The notes: generated by a model not told the origin, from the sequence alone. A DNA stretch of 64,000 bases from an uncultured cyanobacterium (GCA_963718615.1 OY970368.1:2432001-2496000), one strand, 5' to 3'; counted from the stretch's first letter, positions 1 through 10,272 are shown. Translations and numbers: made by a program.

Positions 1-314
1 GCTTCTCTATCTTTAGGATCTTCAAAGTCAACTAAATCATAGTTAAAACTATTTTGAATGATTTGATTGGCCGCATTAGCGCTGTTTAGTAAGCGCTTTA
101 CTTCCTGAGATGTTCCTAAAGCAACTTCCTCATTGCTCTGCGTTATAATTGCTTCAATATTTCGTTTGGAAGTAAATGATAAAGGAAGATAGACGATTGA
201 TGCTGTCGTTGTGACAGTTATTAAAATCATCCCAACCAAAGAAGCCTTTATTCCCAGCGTCTTTCTTTTAGAAAAATCGATAGATCTTAGATGAAAAATA
301 TCCTGAAAGTTCAT
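1..314 (-). CDS. 5' part of a membrane sensor protein (TM helix then probable Cache-type periplasmic domain); runs off the window
   Basis: Not in the ORF track. Manual translation from ATG at 314 is open to the edge: MNFQDIFHLRS...SLVGMILITVTTTASIVYLPLSFTSKRNIEAIITQSNEEVALGTSQEVKRLL, a TM plus long-helix pattern typical of Cache sensors. Confidence 0.55.
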   Translation of the reverse strand, partial: MNFQDIFHLRSIDFSKRKTLGIKASLVGMILITVTTTASIVYLPLSFTSKRNIEAIITQSNEEVALGTSQEVKRLLNSANAANQIIQNSFNYDLVDFEDPKDRE

Positions 315-382
315 AATGAAAAGGCCTGATAAATGCACCAAAATTAATCCTAGCTGAGAAAGTTATTTTTTAGAAAATACAC

Positions 383-1717
383 CTAAGTTCCATAGGGGAT
401 AGTTATATTAGGCTTCAAATCCGCTTCGTCTTCAATTTCAGCAACTACCGTTGTTACAGCCATAGCTGTATGAACAATTCCCAATGTTCTAATTGGATCA
501 ATCAGCGGATCAACAGCGATAAATAAAACGAGCACTGCTTCCACGGGTAGATTCAGTGGCTCAAGAACGATGTTAAGCATGTTTAGCGTTAGAATTCCGG
601 TTACTCCGGAGGTCGAAATTCCTGCTAAAATTGAGCAAAGAATAACGATAATAAATTCTATAATTTCAAAAGATTTGTTGTAAAGCTGAGCCACAAAAAT
701 TGATGCTAATGCAAAGTATGTTACGGAACCAAATCGACAAAGAGTTAAGGCAAGAGGAGTTACTAGATTTATGGTTTGACGGTCAAACTTTAGCTTTTCG
801 CTGAGTGTAGAAATTGCAGAAGGTAAGCAAGAAAAGCTACTTGAAGTAGCCAGTGACAAGATACTTGGCTCACGTAGTGCAGATATAACTCTCATGAATG
901 GTAAGCGAGCCTTCTGCCAGATAACAATTGTACCCGCTGCATAGATCGCAAAAAAAGTGGCAATGGTAACTAAAATAAAGTTAAACATTAAGGTAACAAT
1001 TTCTAGGCCTTGCTTAGAAAGTTGATAGCTTAATAAGCTAAAGAGTCCAAACGGCAGTAAAAGTGTTAACCACTGCATTAGTTGATTAAAACTTTTAAAA
1101 ATGCTGTCTAGGATAATAAAGAAAGACTCTGTAAGCCTTTTGTTGAGCAGTCCTAAGGAAACTCCAAAAATAATAGAGAAGCAAAGAACTTTTAATGTGT
1201 TTCCTTCGCTTAAGGCACTAAAAATATTTTCTGGAATTAGATTGTTTAAAAATAAAGAGAGTTCTGTTTGCTCGTTTAGAAGCGTAGGTGAAGAAGAATT
1301 TAAAGAAATTTCTAAATCGATACCAGAGGTGTTAACGAGAACACCTAATTTCGATAGTGTTTCTGCACTGAGATTTTTTCCAGGTCCAGAGATAGAAGCC
1401 ATCAAGCTTGCAAAACAGCTCACTAGCAACAAGCTTGCTAGAAAAGCGATCGCCATGCGACGAATATATCTCTTGGCATCTTGACTACCCATCAGACGTC
1501 CAACGCTACCTGTAATTGCTGATAACAAAATAGGTAGAACACACATTTTTAGCAATCCCAAGTAGACTTCTCCGATAGGAGACATCGACATAGCAAATTT
1601 AGGGTAAGAGCTGCCAACGTAGATAGCAAGTATGACGCTGATCATAATAGCTAATGGACTACGCAGCCAAGCTAAAAATAAGACGAAGTTAAATCTAAGG
1701 TATCGATGGGTAATCAT
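383..1717 (-). CDS. Dicarboxylate/amino acid:cation symporter (DAACS/GltP family), atypical
   Basis: 444 aa hydrophobic; YLGLLKMCVLP, LIPENIF, serine-rich ATSSS hairpin, AVDPLIDPIRT TM8 motif. Confidence 0.85.
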   Translation of the reverse strand: MITHRYLRFNFVLFLAWLRSPLAIMISVILAIYVGSSYPKFAMSMSPIGEVYLGLLKMCVLPILLSAITGSVGRLMGSQDAKRYIRRMAIAFLASLLLVSCFASLMASISGPGKNLSAETLSKLGVLVNTSGIDLEISLNSSSPTLLNEQTELSLFLNNLIPENIFSALSEGNTLKVLCFSIIFGVSLGLLNKRLTESFFIILDSIFKSFNQLMQWLTLLLPFGLFSLLSYQLSKQGLEIVTLMFNFILVTIATFFAIYAAGTIVIWQKARLPFMRVISALREPSILSLATSSSFSCLPSAISTLSEKLKFDRQTINLVTPLALTLCRFGSVTYFALASIFVAQLYNKSFEIIEFIIVILCSILAGISTSGVTGILTLNMLNIVLEPLNLPVEAVLVLFIAVDPLIDPIRTLGIVHTAMAVTTVVAEIEDEADLKPNITIPYGT

Positions 1718-1750
1718 GGTCTTTCTGCAAGAAACTAGTGGGGCTAAAAG

Positions 1751-2998
1751 TCAAAGAGAGGCTTCATGTGCATTAAAATAGTCAGAATATTTCTCTAGTA
1801 AGCTATCAGCCGTATGCTTAATTTCTGCCGTATCAATATATTGATTAACGAAGGAAAGTAGATGTCCACTATCCCAGGGAAGAACAATTGCAATAGGATC
1901 ACGGGTATCGATTAAAGCAACTGTCTGAAATCGTAGTGCAGCGTCCGGCTTACCAAGAACGATCTTTTTAACTTCAAGCTCATCTCGGTATGCAGCTAGG
2001 ATAATTCCGTCTGTTACAGCTTTGACAACGTCTGGCCACGAAGAGAACTCAACAACTTTTGCATGAGGAAATTTATGTTTGGCAAAGTCTACATAGGAAG
2101 AACCTTGGATAACTCCAATTTTTCCATCCAGTGTCCGTAAAACTTCTTCCATGTTTTTACCCTTCGCTTTTTTTGCTAGCTGTAGGCGATCGACTAATAG
2201 CCCCTGACGCATCTCAAGATAGGGTAGAGAAAATCGAGCCTGTTGCCCCCGTTTTAGAGTACGGCTAATTTTCGAGATTGCAAGGTCTACTTCATGGCTA
2301 TAGACTTTATCAAGTACTTCATCAAATGTTGTTGAATCACGGTTAAACTCTAGCTTAACATCTAGCTGATCGGCAATATCCGTAGCCATTTGTATATCAG
2401 AACCAGTTAAAGTTCCATCTTTTCCTAACATAAAAAAAGGTGGAGTATCTCTTCCTAAAATTGCGACAGTAAGTTTACCTCTATCTAAGATATGCTGGAT
2501 ATCTGGAGGCATAGATAGTTGTTTGTTTGTCGTTGTAGAATCAGTAGGAGAGTTGTCCGAGTTTGTAGATAAATTAGTTCTGGAGTCTTGTCTTATCTGT
2601 AAATTTGTTTTCTGTTGAAGTCGAGACAGCGTAATGGGGCCAACAAGCCCATCAATATTGATATTTTCTGATTTTTGAAACTGGCGAACAGCTTGATCAG
2701 TTTTATAATCAAATAAGCCAGGAGTTTGATCCTCTATATCATAACCTAGTTTTTTCAACTGCTGCTGAAGTTGTTGGATCTCTAGACCCTGATCGTTAAA
2801 CTGTAAGAATTCTATTTTAGATAAGGATGATGCTGGAAGAATTTGAGAACTCGCTATAGTACTTTGATGATTATCGGAAGATATGCCCATTCCTAAGCTT
2901 AGAGATTGCTGGGCAAGCGTAAAAGATGCAATCCCAATTGATATCAATACAATGATTGCTAATCTTAGTTTACGATTTCGTAAATTTTTGCTTAACAT
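1751..2998 (-). CDS. Amino-acid substrate-binding protein (family 3) with N-terminal peptidoglycan-binding domain
   Basis: Signal/TM segment; PG_binding_1 motif LQQQLKKLGY...TDQAVRQFQK...DGLVGPIT; SBP motifs ILDRGKLTVA, PPFF, G.DIQMA..IA..L.V. Confidence 0.85.
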   Translation of the reverse strand: MLSKNLRNRKLRLAIIVLISIGIASFTLAQQSLSLGMGISSDNHQSTIASSQILPASSLSKIEFLQFNDQGLEIQQLQQQLKKLGYDIEDQTPGLFDYKTDQAVRQFQKSENINIDGLVGPITLSRLQQKTNLQIRQDSRTNLSTNSDNSPTDSTTTNKQLSMPPDIQHILDRGKLTVAILGRDTPPFFMLGKDGTLTGSDIQMATDIADQLDVKLEFNRDSTTFDEVLDKVYSHEVDLAISKISRTLKRGQQARFSLPYLEMRQGLLVDRLQLAKKAKGKNMEEVLRTLDGKIGVIQGSSYVDFAKHKFPHAKVVEFSSWPDVVKAVTDGIILAAYRDELEVKKIVLGKPDAALRFQTVALIDTRDPIAIVLPWDSGHLLSFVNQYIDTAEIKHTADSLLEKYSDYFNAHEASL

Positions 2999-3039
2999 TG
3001 AAAAAAATCGATGTAATATGGATAAGCTTTGAAATTCAT

Positions 3040-3846
3040 TTAGGCGCTTAAGACCTTTGGCATTGAAGATATTCCATAGGCTAAATCTAGTGATAAATCA
3101 GCGATAATATCCAATGGGTCGACCCAGGGAATAGAAATGCTAGTGAGTTGAGAAAAGGCGACTGAAAGCTCCGTGCATCCAGCTATGATCAGATCAGCAT
3201 TTTGCTGCTGAAGCCACTCGATAGCTTGAGAGATGATATTGAGTGCATTCTCAGAAATCTGTAATCCAGTCGTTTTTATGCCCCATCCTGGTGCATAAAT
3301 GCTTTGCATTACTTGCTGTTGTAAAAGTGTGTCTAATCTAGGCTCGATACTGCTTAAGCCAACATTCGCTAAACTTTTTTGATAAAGCTTTGCGTAAAGT
3401 GTTCCATCTGTTGCTAGTATTCCTATTCGCTTGGCCGTAGGATAAGTTTCCCGAATAAAATCAGCAGTATGCTGCATGAGGTGTAGCCAAGGAATTTCTA
3501 GACGAGATTGAACTTGAGGATAAAAAGCGTGGGCTGTATTACATGGAACGATTAAAAAGTTGCTACCTGCCTTCTGAAGTAGCTGAGTATAGTACAAAAG
3601 GGCAGGCAGAGGACTCGGTCCTCCTCGGCGTAGGGCCATGCTGCGGTCAGGGATGTTTGACGCTGAAAAAAGCATCCAGGAGGGATAGTCTTGGTCACAT
3701 TTAGTCTGACTCCGTTCTTGTCTTTTGCTCAATAATCGGCGCTCAAACTCAATGTGAGCAAGTGGTCCTAATCCACCTAAAATGCCAGGTAGCAAAATTT
3801 GTGGTGCGGAAGTACCTAAAAACTTTTCTGGAGCTAGAAGATCCAT
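3040..3846 (-). CDS. Aspartate/glutamate racemase family protein
   Basis: GILGGLGP, PCNTAH and GCTEL motifs; both catalytic cysteines present. Confidence 0.9.
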   Translation of the reverse strand: MDLLAPEKFLGTSAPQILLPGILGGLGPLAHIEFERRLLSKRQERSQTKCDQDYPSWMLFSASNIPDRSMALRRGGPSPLPALLYYTQLLQKAGSNFLIVPCNTAHAFYPQVQSRLEIPWLHLMQHTADFIRETYPTAKRIGILATDGTLYAKLYQKSLANVGLSSIEPRLDTLLQQQVMQSIYAPGWGIKTTGLQISENALNIISQAIEWLQQQNADLIIAGCTELSVAFSQLTSISIPWVDPLDIIADLSLDLAYGISSMPKVLSA

Positions 3847-4115
3847 TTTTATATACCTCCATATAAGCGCTGTCCCAAGTCAACTGGATTTACAAAGGCT
3901 TTAATGAGAACAGATTTATGCGATCAGTTAGTATGTGATAGCGTCAAAATTGACTTTGCCTTACAGTTTAGAATTCCCATCTAAGAGCTTAACTCAACAA
4001 TTTTAGAGTAACGCAATATTATTCTGACAATAAGGCTAGTTTCTGTATGAATAAGGCGATGGTTAGTCGAATTTTAACTTGAAGATAATTTCAAAAAATA
4101 TGTTGATTTACTACA

Positions 4116-4388
4116 CTACTCTAGTGCGTCCCATATTTTCTGTGGAACCTTTCGATTCAATCGAGTTCGTATTGTTGTTTTATAATGTCCGTTTTGGATG
4201 TCTTTATAGATAAACCCATCTAGAATTAGTTCTTCTAAAAGAGGAAGAAGTGTTTGTCTATTCTGTTGTAATTGCTCTGATAGTTGATCAATACTGGCTT
4301 CTCTATTGCGAAGAATCCAGTTGACTAACAACCGTTGGGTCTCGGCTAATGTCAAAACATCAGTCATTGTACGGATAGGCGTCGACAT
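4116..4388 (-). CDS. Small winged-helix-like protein
   Basis: 90 aa with wHTH-like helix pattern (SIDQLSEQL...LLEELILDGFI), directly after the MinD-like gene. Confidence 0.6.
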   Translation of the reverse strand: MSTPIRTMTDVLTLAETQRLLVNWILRNREASIDQLSEQLQQNRQTLLPLLEELILDGFIYKDIQNGHYKTTIRTRLNRKVPQKIWDALE

Positions 4389-4442
4389 GATATCGATTGT
4401 CTTGTATATAAGACTACCTTTGAGTTGGAACTATATGAATTT

Positions 4443-5216
4443 CTAATCTAGAAGAAGCTTTGCAATGTGTTGAACTTCTTGACTAAAATCATGCTCAGGA
4501 TAGTGTAGGCAAAAAATTCCACTGCTGGCTAGTTGAAGCATCTCGTCATTTTCATAGAAGAGCCCAGCCATGGGAACTCCGTATCGTTCATAGACTTGAG
4601 TCTCTAAAGATTCTCTGCCAAATATCTTAGGAGCCTTGTTGAGTAATAGCATGAGATTAGGAACGTTGAGTTTTTGTGCTACCTCTAATGTAACGGCTGT
4701 TCCTAAGAAATCTTGTCGGTCAGGCCGTAAAACAATGATAGCTGAGTCCGAAATGGCGATAGATAAAAGGGTTTCTTCATTTAGGCCAGGGTGTGTATCA
4801 ATGAAGAGAAAATCTAAATCTAGAGAATCAATTAAATCATGAAAGCCGTCGTTGAGGAGGCCAACGTCAAACCCTTCTCTTAAGACTTTAGCGATTTCTC
4901 CTGCTTTAATGCTAGATGGAACTAGATAAATATCTCCGGCTATTTGGGCGATGTTTCCATCTGCTGTTTTTAGATTATCTGTAACGTTATAGGCAGTCTT
5001 TTCTAGAGAACATTTTCCCCAAAGATAATCATTTAAAGAATAGATAAACTCATCTTCATCTAATCCAAAAATAACGTGAATTCCAGGAGATTGAATGTCA
5101 GTATCGACAATTCCGACTCGCTTTCCTTGCTGGGCAACTGCTACAGACAAGTTGGCTGTTAGGTTGGATTTTCCAGTACCTCCGCGAAAGGAGTGAATAG
5201 AAACAATTTGTGCCAT
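4443..5216 (-). CDS. MinD/ParA family ATPase
   Basis: SFRGGTGKS deviant Walker A, VDTDIQSPG, FIDTHPG Walker B. Confidence 0.9.
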   Translation of the reverse strand: MAQIVSIHSFRGGTGKSNLTANLSVAVAQQGKRVGIVDTDIQSPGIHVIFGLDEDEFIYSLNDYLWGKCSLEKTAYNVTDNLKTADGNIAQIAGDIYLVPSSIKAGEIAKVLREGFDVGLLNDGFHDLIDSLDLDFLFIDTHPGLNEETLLSIAISDSAIIVLRPDRQDFLGTAVTLEVAQKLNVPNLMLLLNKAPKIFGRESLETQVYERYGVPMAGLFYENDEMLQLASSGIFCLHYPEHDFSQEVQHIAKLLLD

Positions 5217-5247
5217 GATTTTTTAATCTGAATAAGATTCCTGTATA

Positions 5248-6720
5248 TTACAATGTACGCCGGACAGCTAACATTGTGATGTCATCAAACTGAGCAGCAT
5301 CGGCGATGTGCGATCGCACAGCTTGTTCTACTTTCTCCAGTGTTTCCTGAGCAGACTGTGTCTGATTTTCTAACAAGGCAAATAGTCGCTCGTCAGAAAA
5401 CATTTTTCCGTTAGGTGCGTGTGCCTCTGGTACTCCATCTGTGTAACTAAAAAGCATATCACCAGGCTCAAGATGAGCCTGGTCAATTTGAAATTCCATA
5501 TTTGGCATCATGCCTACAGCTGGACCTGTAGGCTGAAGATGGCATTTGATTCCATCGGGACCACAGATAAGTGGTGCTTCATGACCACCATTAATATAAA
5601 TAATATCACCGGTATTTGGGTCTAAAACACCAAAAAACATCGTTGCAAACATGTTAGTGCGAAAATGGGTTTCGGCAATATAGTTATTGGTAATGGTAAT
5701 AGCATTCTGAAGTGCTTGGGTACCTGTACGTGGAATTCGCAAACGCCGTTTCTGTTCCAAAGACTGTTTTTTTGGCGTAGATTCTTCGGTTGTGAGCTGA
5801 TCTAGAAGCCCTAGTGAATAGGTTTGTCGTGCCAACGTTCGAACTAAGGTTCGGAAGAGAGACATAAATAAGGCTGCACCCACTCCTTTGTCGCATACGT
5901 CTGCAATAACAATACCAATACGACCATTGGGCATTGAAAACGCATCATAAAAGTCTCCTGCTACATCCCGAGCTGGATGGAAGCAAGCGGCAATTTCCCA
6001 CCCCGGAGCTTCCGGTAATGTCTCTGGTAGAAAGTCAAGTTGTATCTGGCGACCAATTTGTAGATCTCGCTCGCTTTTTAAAAAATCGGCTTGTTGATTT
6101 AGTAAAAGTCGATTATTAAGTGCTGCTGCTGATTGAATAGATAACCACTGAGCTAACTGTTGATGATACTCGCTAAACGGAACGATCTCATGGTTTGAAT
6201 TTTTAGCATTAAACAATTGTAGAACTGCGATCGCCTTTCCCTGAGAATCTTTCAGCGGAATCGTCAAACAAGAGAGCGTTTGATAATGATGTTTAGCATC
6301 CATCATTTGAATTGCTGCACAAAAAGTTGTTTGTTCTTGTGCCAGATTGGCGATATGAAGACTTTTATCTAATTCTACAACTTGCGTTGCCAGCGTAGAG
6401 AGATTAGGAGTACCATCCGCATGGCTTAGCGGTAGGGGTGGGAAATGATAATATTCAAATGATACTTTACTGTTATCAGGATTAAGCGTGTAATTGCATT
6501 GGGCGATTATTTCTAAATAATTTTCTTTTCTTAAATAGATACATCCTGCATCGGCATTGCAGATTTTTTGAGCTTCCTGAAGAACTACTTCTACCAAACG
6601 ATTACAGTCTGTCTCTGCTGATAAAGAGACACCTAAGGGAAGAATAACTTCGGTCAATGCGAGGGCAAATTGCTGAACCTCTGGCATTGTTGATGTATTG
6701 GAGGGGATAAGGTTTGGCAT
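5248..6720 (-). CDS. GAF + SpoIIE/PP2C phosphatase (RsbU/IcfG-like)
   Basis: N-terminal GAF; VAGDFYD, IADVCDKG, NGGH, YTDGVPEA, DDITML motifs. Confidence 0.92.
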   Translation of the reverse strand: MPNLIPSNTSTMPEVQQFALALTEVILPLGVSLSAETDCNRLVEVVLQEAQKICNADAGCIYLRKENYLEIIAQCNYTLNPDNSKVSFEYYHFPPLPLSHADGTPNLSTLATQVVELDKSLHIANLAQEQTTFCAAIQMMDAKHHYQTLSCLTIPLKDSQGKAIAVLQLFNAKNSNHEIVPFSEYHQQLAQWLSIQSAAALNNRLLLNQQADFLKSERDLQIGRQIQLDFLPETLPEAPGWEIAACFHPARDVAGDFYDAFSMPNGRIGIVIADVCDKGVGAALFMSLFRTLVRTLARQTYSLGLLDQLTTEESTPKKQSLEQKRRLRIPRTGTQALQNAITITNNYIAETHFRTNMFATMFFGVLDPNTGDIIYINGGHEAPLICGPDGIKCHLQPTGPAVGMMPNMEFQIDQAHLEPGDMLFSYTDGVPEAHAPNGKMFSDERLFALLENQTQSAQETLEKVEQAVRSHIADAAQFDDITMLAVRRTL

Positions 6721-6729
6721 AGGAAAATA

Positions 6730-7167
6730 CTAAGAAATAAGACTATCAACAGAGCAGTTCAGCATTAAACTGTTACGGTTTCGACCGTTGACATAGTCAT
6801 AAGTAAATTTATCGACCCCATCAAGGGCGAGAAAAACTCCTAGTCCTCCTATCGATCTCTCATCTAAAGGTTTTTGTAAATCGGTTTCGTCAGGACCCAT
6901 TTGGTGAAATGGATTGTAGGGAGTTCCTGTATCTTCGAGAATAATCGTTAGCGCTTGCTGGGTAATAGTAGCCTTTAGGTCAATGACCCCGCTTCTCCCA
7001 GCTTCTTCATAACCATGAAGAATAATGTTGGTGGCAATTTCGTCGATGGAGAGTCTTAGTTTGTAAGCAGATTGCCGATCGATTCCTGCCTGTTCGGCAG
7101 CGGTCATCACATATTGAGAGATTTTTTTTAGAGACTCAAGAGTGCCGGGAACAGTAATTGCTTCCAT
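6730..7167 (-). CDS. Anti-sigma-factor-type Ser kinase (RsbW/SpoIIAB-like)
   Basis: DEIATNIILHGY, EDTG, GGLG motifs; ATG at 7167 preferred over the upstream alternative start. Confidence 0.9.
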   Translation of the reverse strand: MEAITVPGTLESLKKISQYVMTAAEQAGIDRQSAYKLRLSIDEIATNIILHGYEEAGRSGVIDLKATITQQALTIILEDTGTPYNPFHQMGPDETDLQKPLDERSIGGLGVFLALDGVDKFTYDYVNGRNRNSLMLNCSVDSLIS

Positions 7168-7271
7168 GGGCTGGAAAATTGAGATAATTGTAATCGAACT
7201 GTTTGTTAAGAGTTTACTATTGCTAGAGCTTAGAGACAGCAAACTCTAGCAATAGTGATGTAATGCAAACG

Positions 7272-7607
7272 CTACGCAGGAATTGCACCAAAATTATACT
7301 GATCAACGATATGAACGCTGTGGTGAAAACCTGTTTTTTCAATTGTTCCGAGCACTAGATCTTGAGGGCTTACCACATAGATCTCCACATTTTGACCCAT
7401 CTTTTGCTTTGCAAAAATTAAGACACGTAATCCAGCGCTAGCCATGTATTCTAAGTCAGCCATGTCAAGAACTAAATGCTGGGGTTCTTTAGTTGCAGCA
7501 GCCTCGATTTGAGCTTTGAACTCAGGCGCTGTGCTGGCATCTAATTCGCCCTTCAAGGTGACGATTGCCGCGTGATCATGAATAGAAAGAGTAGCAGTAA
7601 AAGCCAT
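7272..7607 (-). CDS. STAS anti-sigma-factor antagonist
   Basis: GELDASTAP, YMASAGLRVL phospho-Ser motif. Confidence 0.92.
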   Translation of the reverse strand: MAFTATLSIHDHAAIVTLKGELDASTAPEFKAQIEAAATKEPQHLVLDMADLEYMASAGLRVLIFAKQKMGQNVEIYVVSPQDLVLGTIEKTGFHHSVHIVDQYNFGAIPA

Positions 7608-7681
7608 GATTTTAGAGGATTGGATGATTTGAGTAATTGGATGATTTGAGTCGTTGAAAAAGCAAATAGCTTGTGAAAAGC

Positions 7682-9799
7682 TTATCTACCTATCAAAATT
7701 ATGATGGAGCGATCGCGAACTAATAATCCTTTTGGATCACTTAACGCAACTTCTTGACCGATACCAAAATGATCTACATCAGAACCAGTATTAGCAGAGA
7801 TATGCCACTGCTGACCTGGGGGTAATCCTGGCAGGTTAAACCACTGGGTTTCCCAGTGCATGTTTATTGCTACATAGATAAAATCGTCTTTAACAGCACC
7901 ATTTTTGGCATGACCACCACAGAGCATAAACGCAAGACAGCGACTACTGTTACTCCAGTCTGTATTCCAAGCTTGAGTACCGTGCCAGGTAATGTCTGCA
8001 TAGCCGCTACCCTGGTAATCTTGGTTTTGAAAATGCTGAGGGGGTCGCAGCACTGGATGAGCTCGGCGAAAATGAATACAATGTTTAGTAAATTGGAATA
8101 AAGGGTCGTTAGCCTTGAGCAAGTTCCAGTTGAGCCAATTGAGTTCGTTGTCGTGGCAATAGGTATTGTTATTCCCATTCTTGCTGCGACCCATTTCGTC
8201 ACCCATGAGCAGCATGGGTACACCTTGGCTGACCATTAAGAGGGCGATCGCGTTCTTAATCTGCCGCTGTCTTAGAGCATTGACGTTGGGATCTTCGGTC
8301 CAGCCTTCTGCGCCACAGTTCCAGCTATGATTATCATTGTCGCCGTCGCGATTGCCTTCACCATTGGCCTCATTGTGTTTGCCATTGAACGAGACTAAGT
8401 CCGCCAAGGTAAAACCATCGTGGGCGGTGATAAAGTTAATTGATGTAGCTGGAGAACGACCTGCCCAAGCATAAAGATCCGGTGAGCCCTGGAGCCGTTG
8501 GGCCACTTCACCCACCTGCCCCTCATCTCCTTTAAGGAACTTTCGAATGCAATCGCGGTACTTACCATTCCACTCAGCCCAGCGTCCATAGGCCGGGAAA
8601 GAGCCCACTTGATAGAGTCCACCTGCATCCCATGCTTCTGCAATCAGTTTACATTTTGCCAGGATAGGGTCGAACGCGAGAGTTTCTAGCAGGGGGGGGT
8701 TAGCTAACGGAGCTCCCCAAGGATCGCGTCCTAAAATGGCAGCTAGGTCAAATCGAAATCCATCAATATGATATTCTGAAGCCCAGTAACGCAAACAATC
8801 AAGGACAAAGTTGCGCACAATTGGATTATTGCAGTTTAGTGTATTGCCACAACCACTAAAGTTGAAGTAATAACCCTCCGGTGTCAGCATATAGTAGGTC
8901 TTATTATCCAAACCCCGGAATGAGATTGTAGGTCCACGTTCATTACCTTCAGCTGTATGGTTAAAAACGACATCAAGAATGACCTCAATTCCGTTTTTAT
9001 GCAGCTCTTTGATCAATGTTTTCAGCTCATCTACCTGCATCCCAAATCGTCCGGTGGCTGCATAGGCTGCCTTGGGTGCAAAAAATCCAACGGTGCTATA
9101 CCCCCAGTAGTTATAGAGCATTTCACCCGATTCTGGGTTAGGACGAGAGTTTTCAAACTCGTCAAACTCGAATACAGGCATTAACTCAACAGCATTAATG
9201 CCTAGCTCTTTAAGGTAGGAGATTTTATCACAAATGCCCGAAAATGTTCCTCGATGACTTTCTTTAATCTCAGAGGAATCGTGGCGTGTAAAACTGCGCA
9301 CGTGCATCTCATAGATAATGAGATCCTCGTGGGGAATTTCTAAGGGACAATCATCTTCCCAGTCAAAATCATCTAAAACAATTTGAGATCGATGTTGATA
9401 TTTCTCATTCCAGTCTGGAGTTCTTCCCCAAACTTCTCGACCTCCAAGGGCTTTAGCATAGGGATCTGTCAAAATCTTGCTGGTATCATACCAGTCGCCT
9501 ATCTGCGGATTAAAGGGACCATCCATACGATACCCATACTCAAGCGTTTCATAGTCCAATTCAAAGACTGTCATTGTGAAGACATTGCCAGTCCGGAATT
9601 CTTGAGGAAAAGGGATTTCTACAAAGGGCTCAGGGTTGTGTTTTTTGAATAGTACTAATGTACAGGCTGTTGCACCACTTGAAAAAACAGAGAAGTTTAC
9701 TCCCCCTGGTACTAAAGTGACGCCAAAGGGAAAAGGACGACCTCGACGTACTTTGAATCCATTTCTTGTATGCGTCGGTCGGGTATCAATCCGTTCCAT
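7682..9799 (-). CDS. glgX: Glycogen debranching enzyme / isoamylase (GH13)
   Basis: NYWGY, LDVVFNHTAEG, DGFRFDLA, IAEAWD, AHDGFTL motifs. Confidence 0.95.
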   Translation of the reverse strand: MERIDTRPTHTRNGFKVRRGRPFPFGVTLVPGGVNFSVFSSGATACTLVLFKKHNPEPFVEIPFPQEFRTGNVFTMTVFELDYETLEYGYRMDGPFNPQIGDWYDTSKILTDPYAKALGGREVWGRTPDWNEKYQHRSQIVLDDFDWEDDCPLEIPHEDLIIYEMHVRSFTRHDSSEIKESHRGTFSGICDKISYLKELGINAVELMPVFEFDEFENSRPNPESGEMLYNYWGYSTVGFFAPKAAYAATGRFGMQVDELKTLIKELHKNGIEVILDVVFNHTAEGNERGPTISFRGLDNKTYYMLTPEGYYFNFSGCGNTLNCNNPIVRNFVLDCLRYWASEYHIDGFRFDLAAILGRDPWGAPLANPPLLETLAFDPILAKCKLIAEAWDAGGLYQVGSFPAYGRWAEWNGKYRDCIRKFLKGDEGQVGEVAQRLQGSPDLYAWAGRSPATSINFITAHDGFTLADLVSFNGKHNEANGEGNRDGDNDNHSWNCGAEGWTEDPNVNALRQRQIKNAIALLMVSQGVPMLLMGDEMGRSKNGNNNTYCHDNELNWLNWNLLKANDPLFQFTKHCIHFRRAHPVLRPPQHFQNQDYQGSGYADITWHGTQAWNTDWSNSSRCLAFMLCGGHAKNGAVKDDFIYVAINMHWETQWFNLPGLPPGQQWHISANTGSDVDHFGIGQEVALSDPKGLLVRDRSIIILIGR

Positions 9800-9817
9800 T
9801 ATCACACTAACATCCTC

Positions 9818-10165
9818 CTAAAAAGCGATGGTTTTCTTAAGCTGATTAAAGCCTGCTTCTCTGGTCTCAAGAACAGTAAAAAACTTAAGGAATCCAGTGA
9901 CAGACATGGTGTCTTGAATTTCTTCCGAAAGACCAACTAGGACAAAGGGGATATCTCGGGCTGTGACTTGACGATAGATCGAGAGCAGTACACGCAGACC
10001 CGCACTAGACATGTAGGGGACCTGAGTTAGATCAAGTAGGATAGGAATGCCTTGTTGAGCGAGAGGTAGTATTTCTTGCTGTGCTGTAGGAGCAGTACTC
10101 GCATCGATATCACCACTAATCTCGATAACTTTGACGCAGTCAATATCCGCAATCTTGATTTCCAT
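9818..10165 (-). CDS. STAS anti-sigma-factor antagonist
   Basis: GDIDASTAP, YMSSAGLRVL. Confidence 0.92.
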   Translation of the reverse strand: MEIKIADIDCVKVIEISGDIDASTAPTAQQEILPLAQQGIPILLDLTQVPYMSSAGLRVLLSIYRQVTARDIPFVLVGLSEEIQDTMSVTGFLKFFTVLETREAGFNQLKKTIAF

Positions 10166-10272
10166 AGAAGTTGTTTGATTGGGTTAAAAGCATGAGACAA
10201 AACTAGGTTCTTAAGAACCATATGTTAGACGAAAAGAAGGCCAATCTCAGATCCTAAAGTCTTAGCTAGAGC

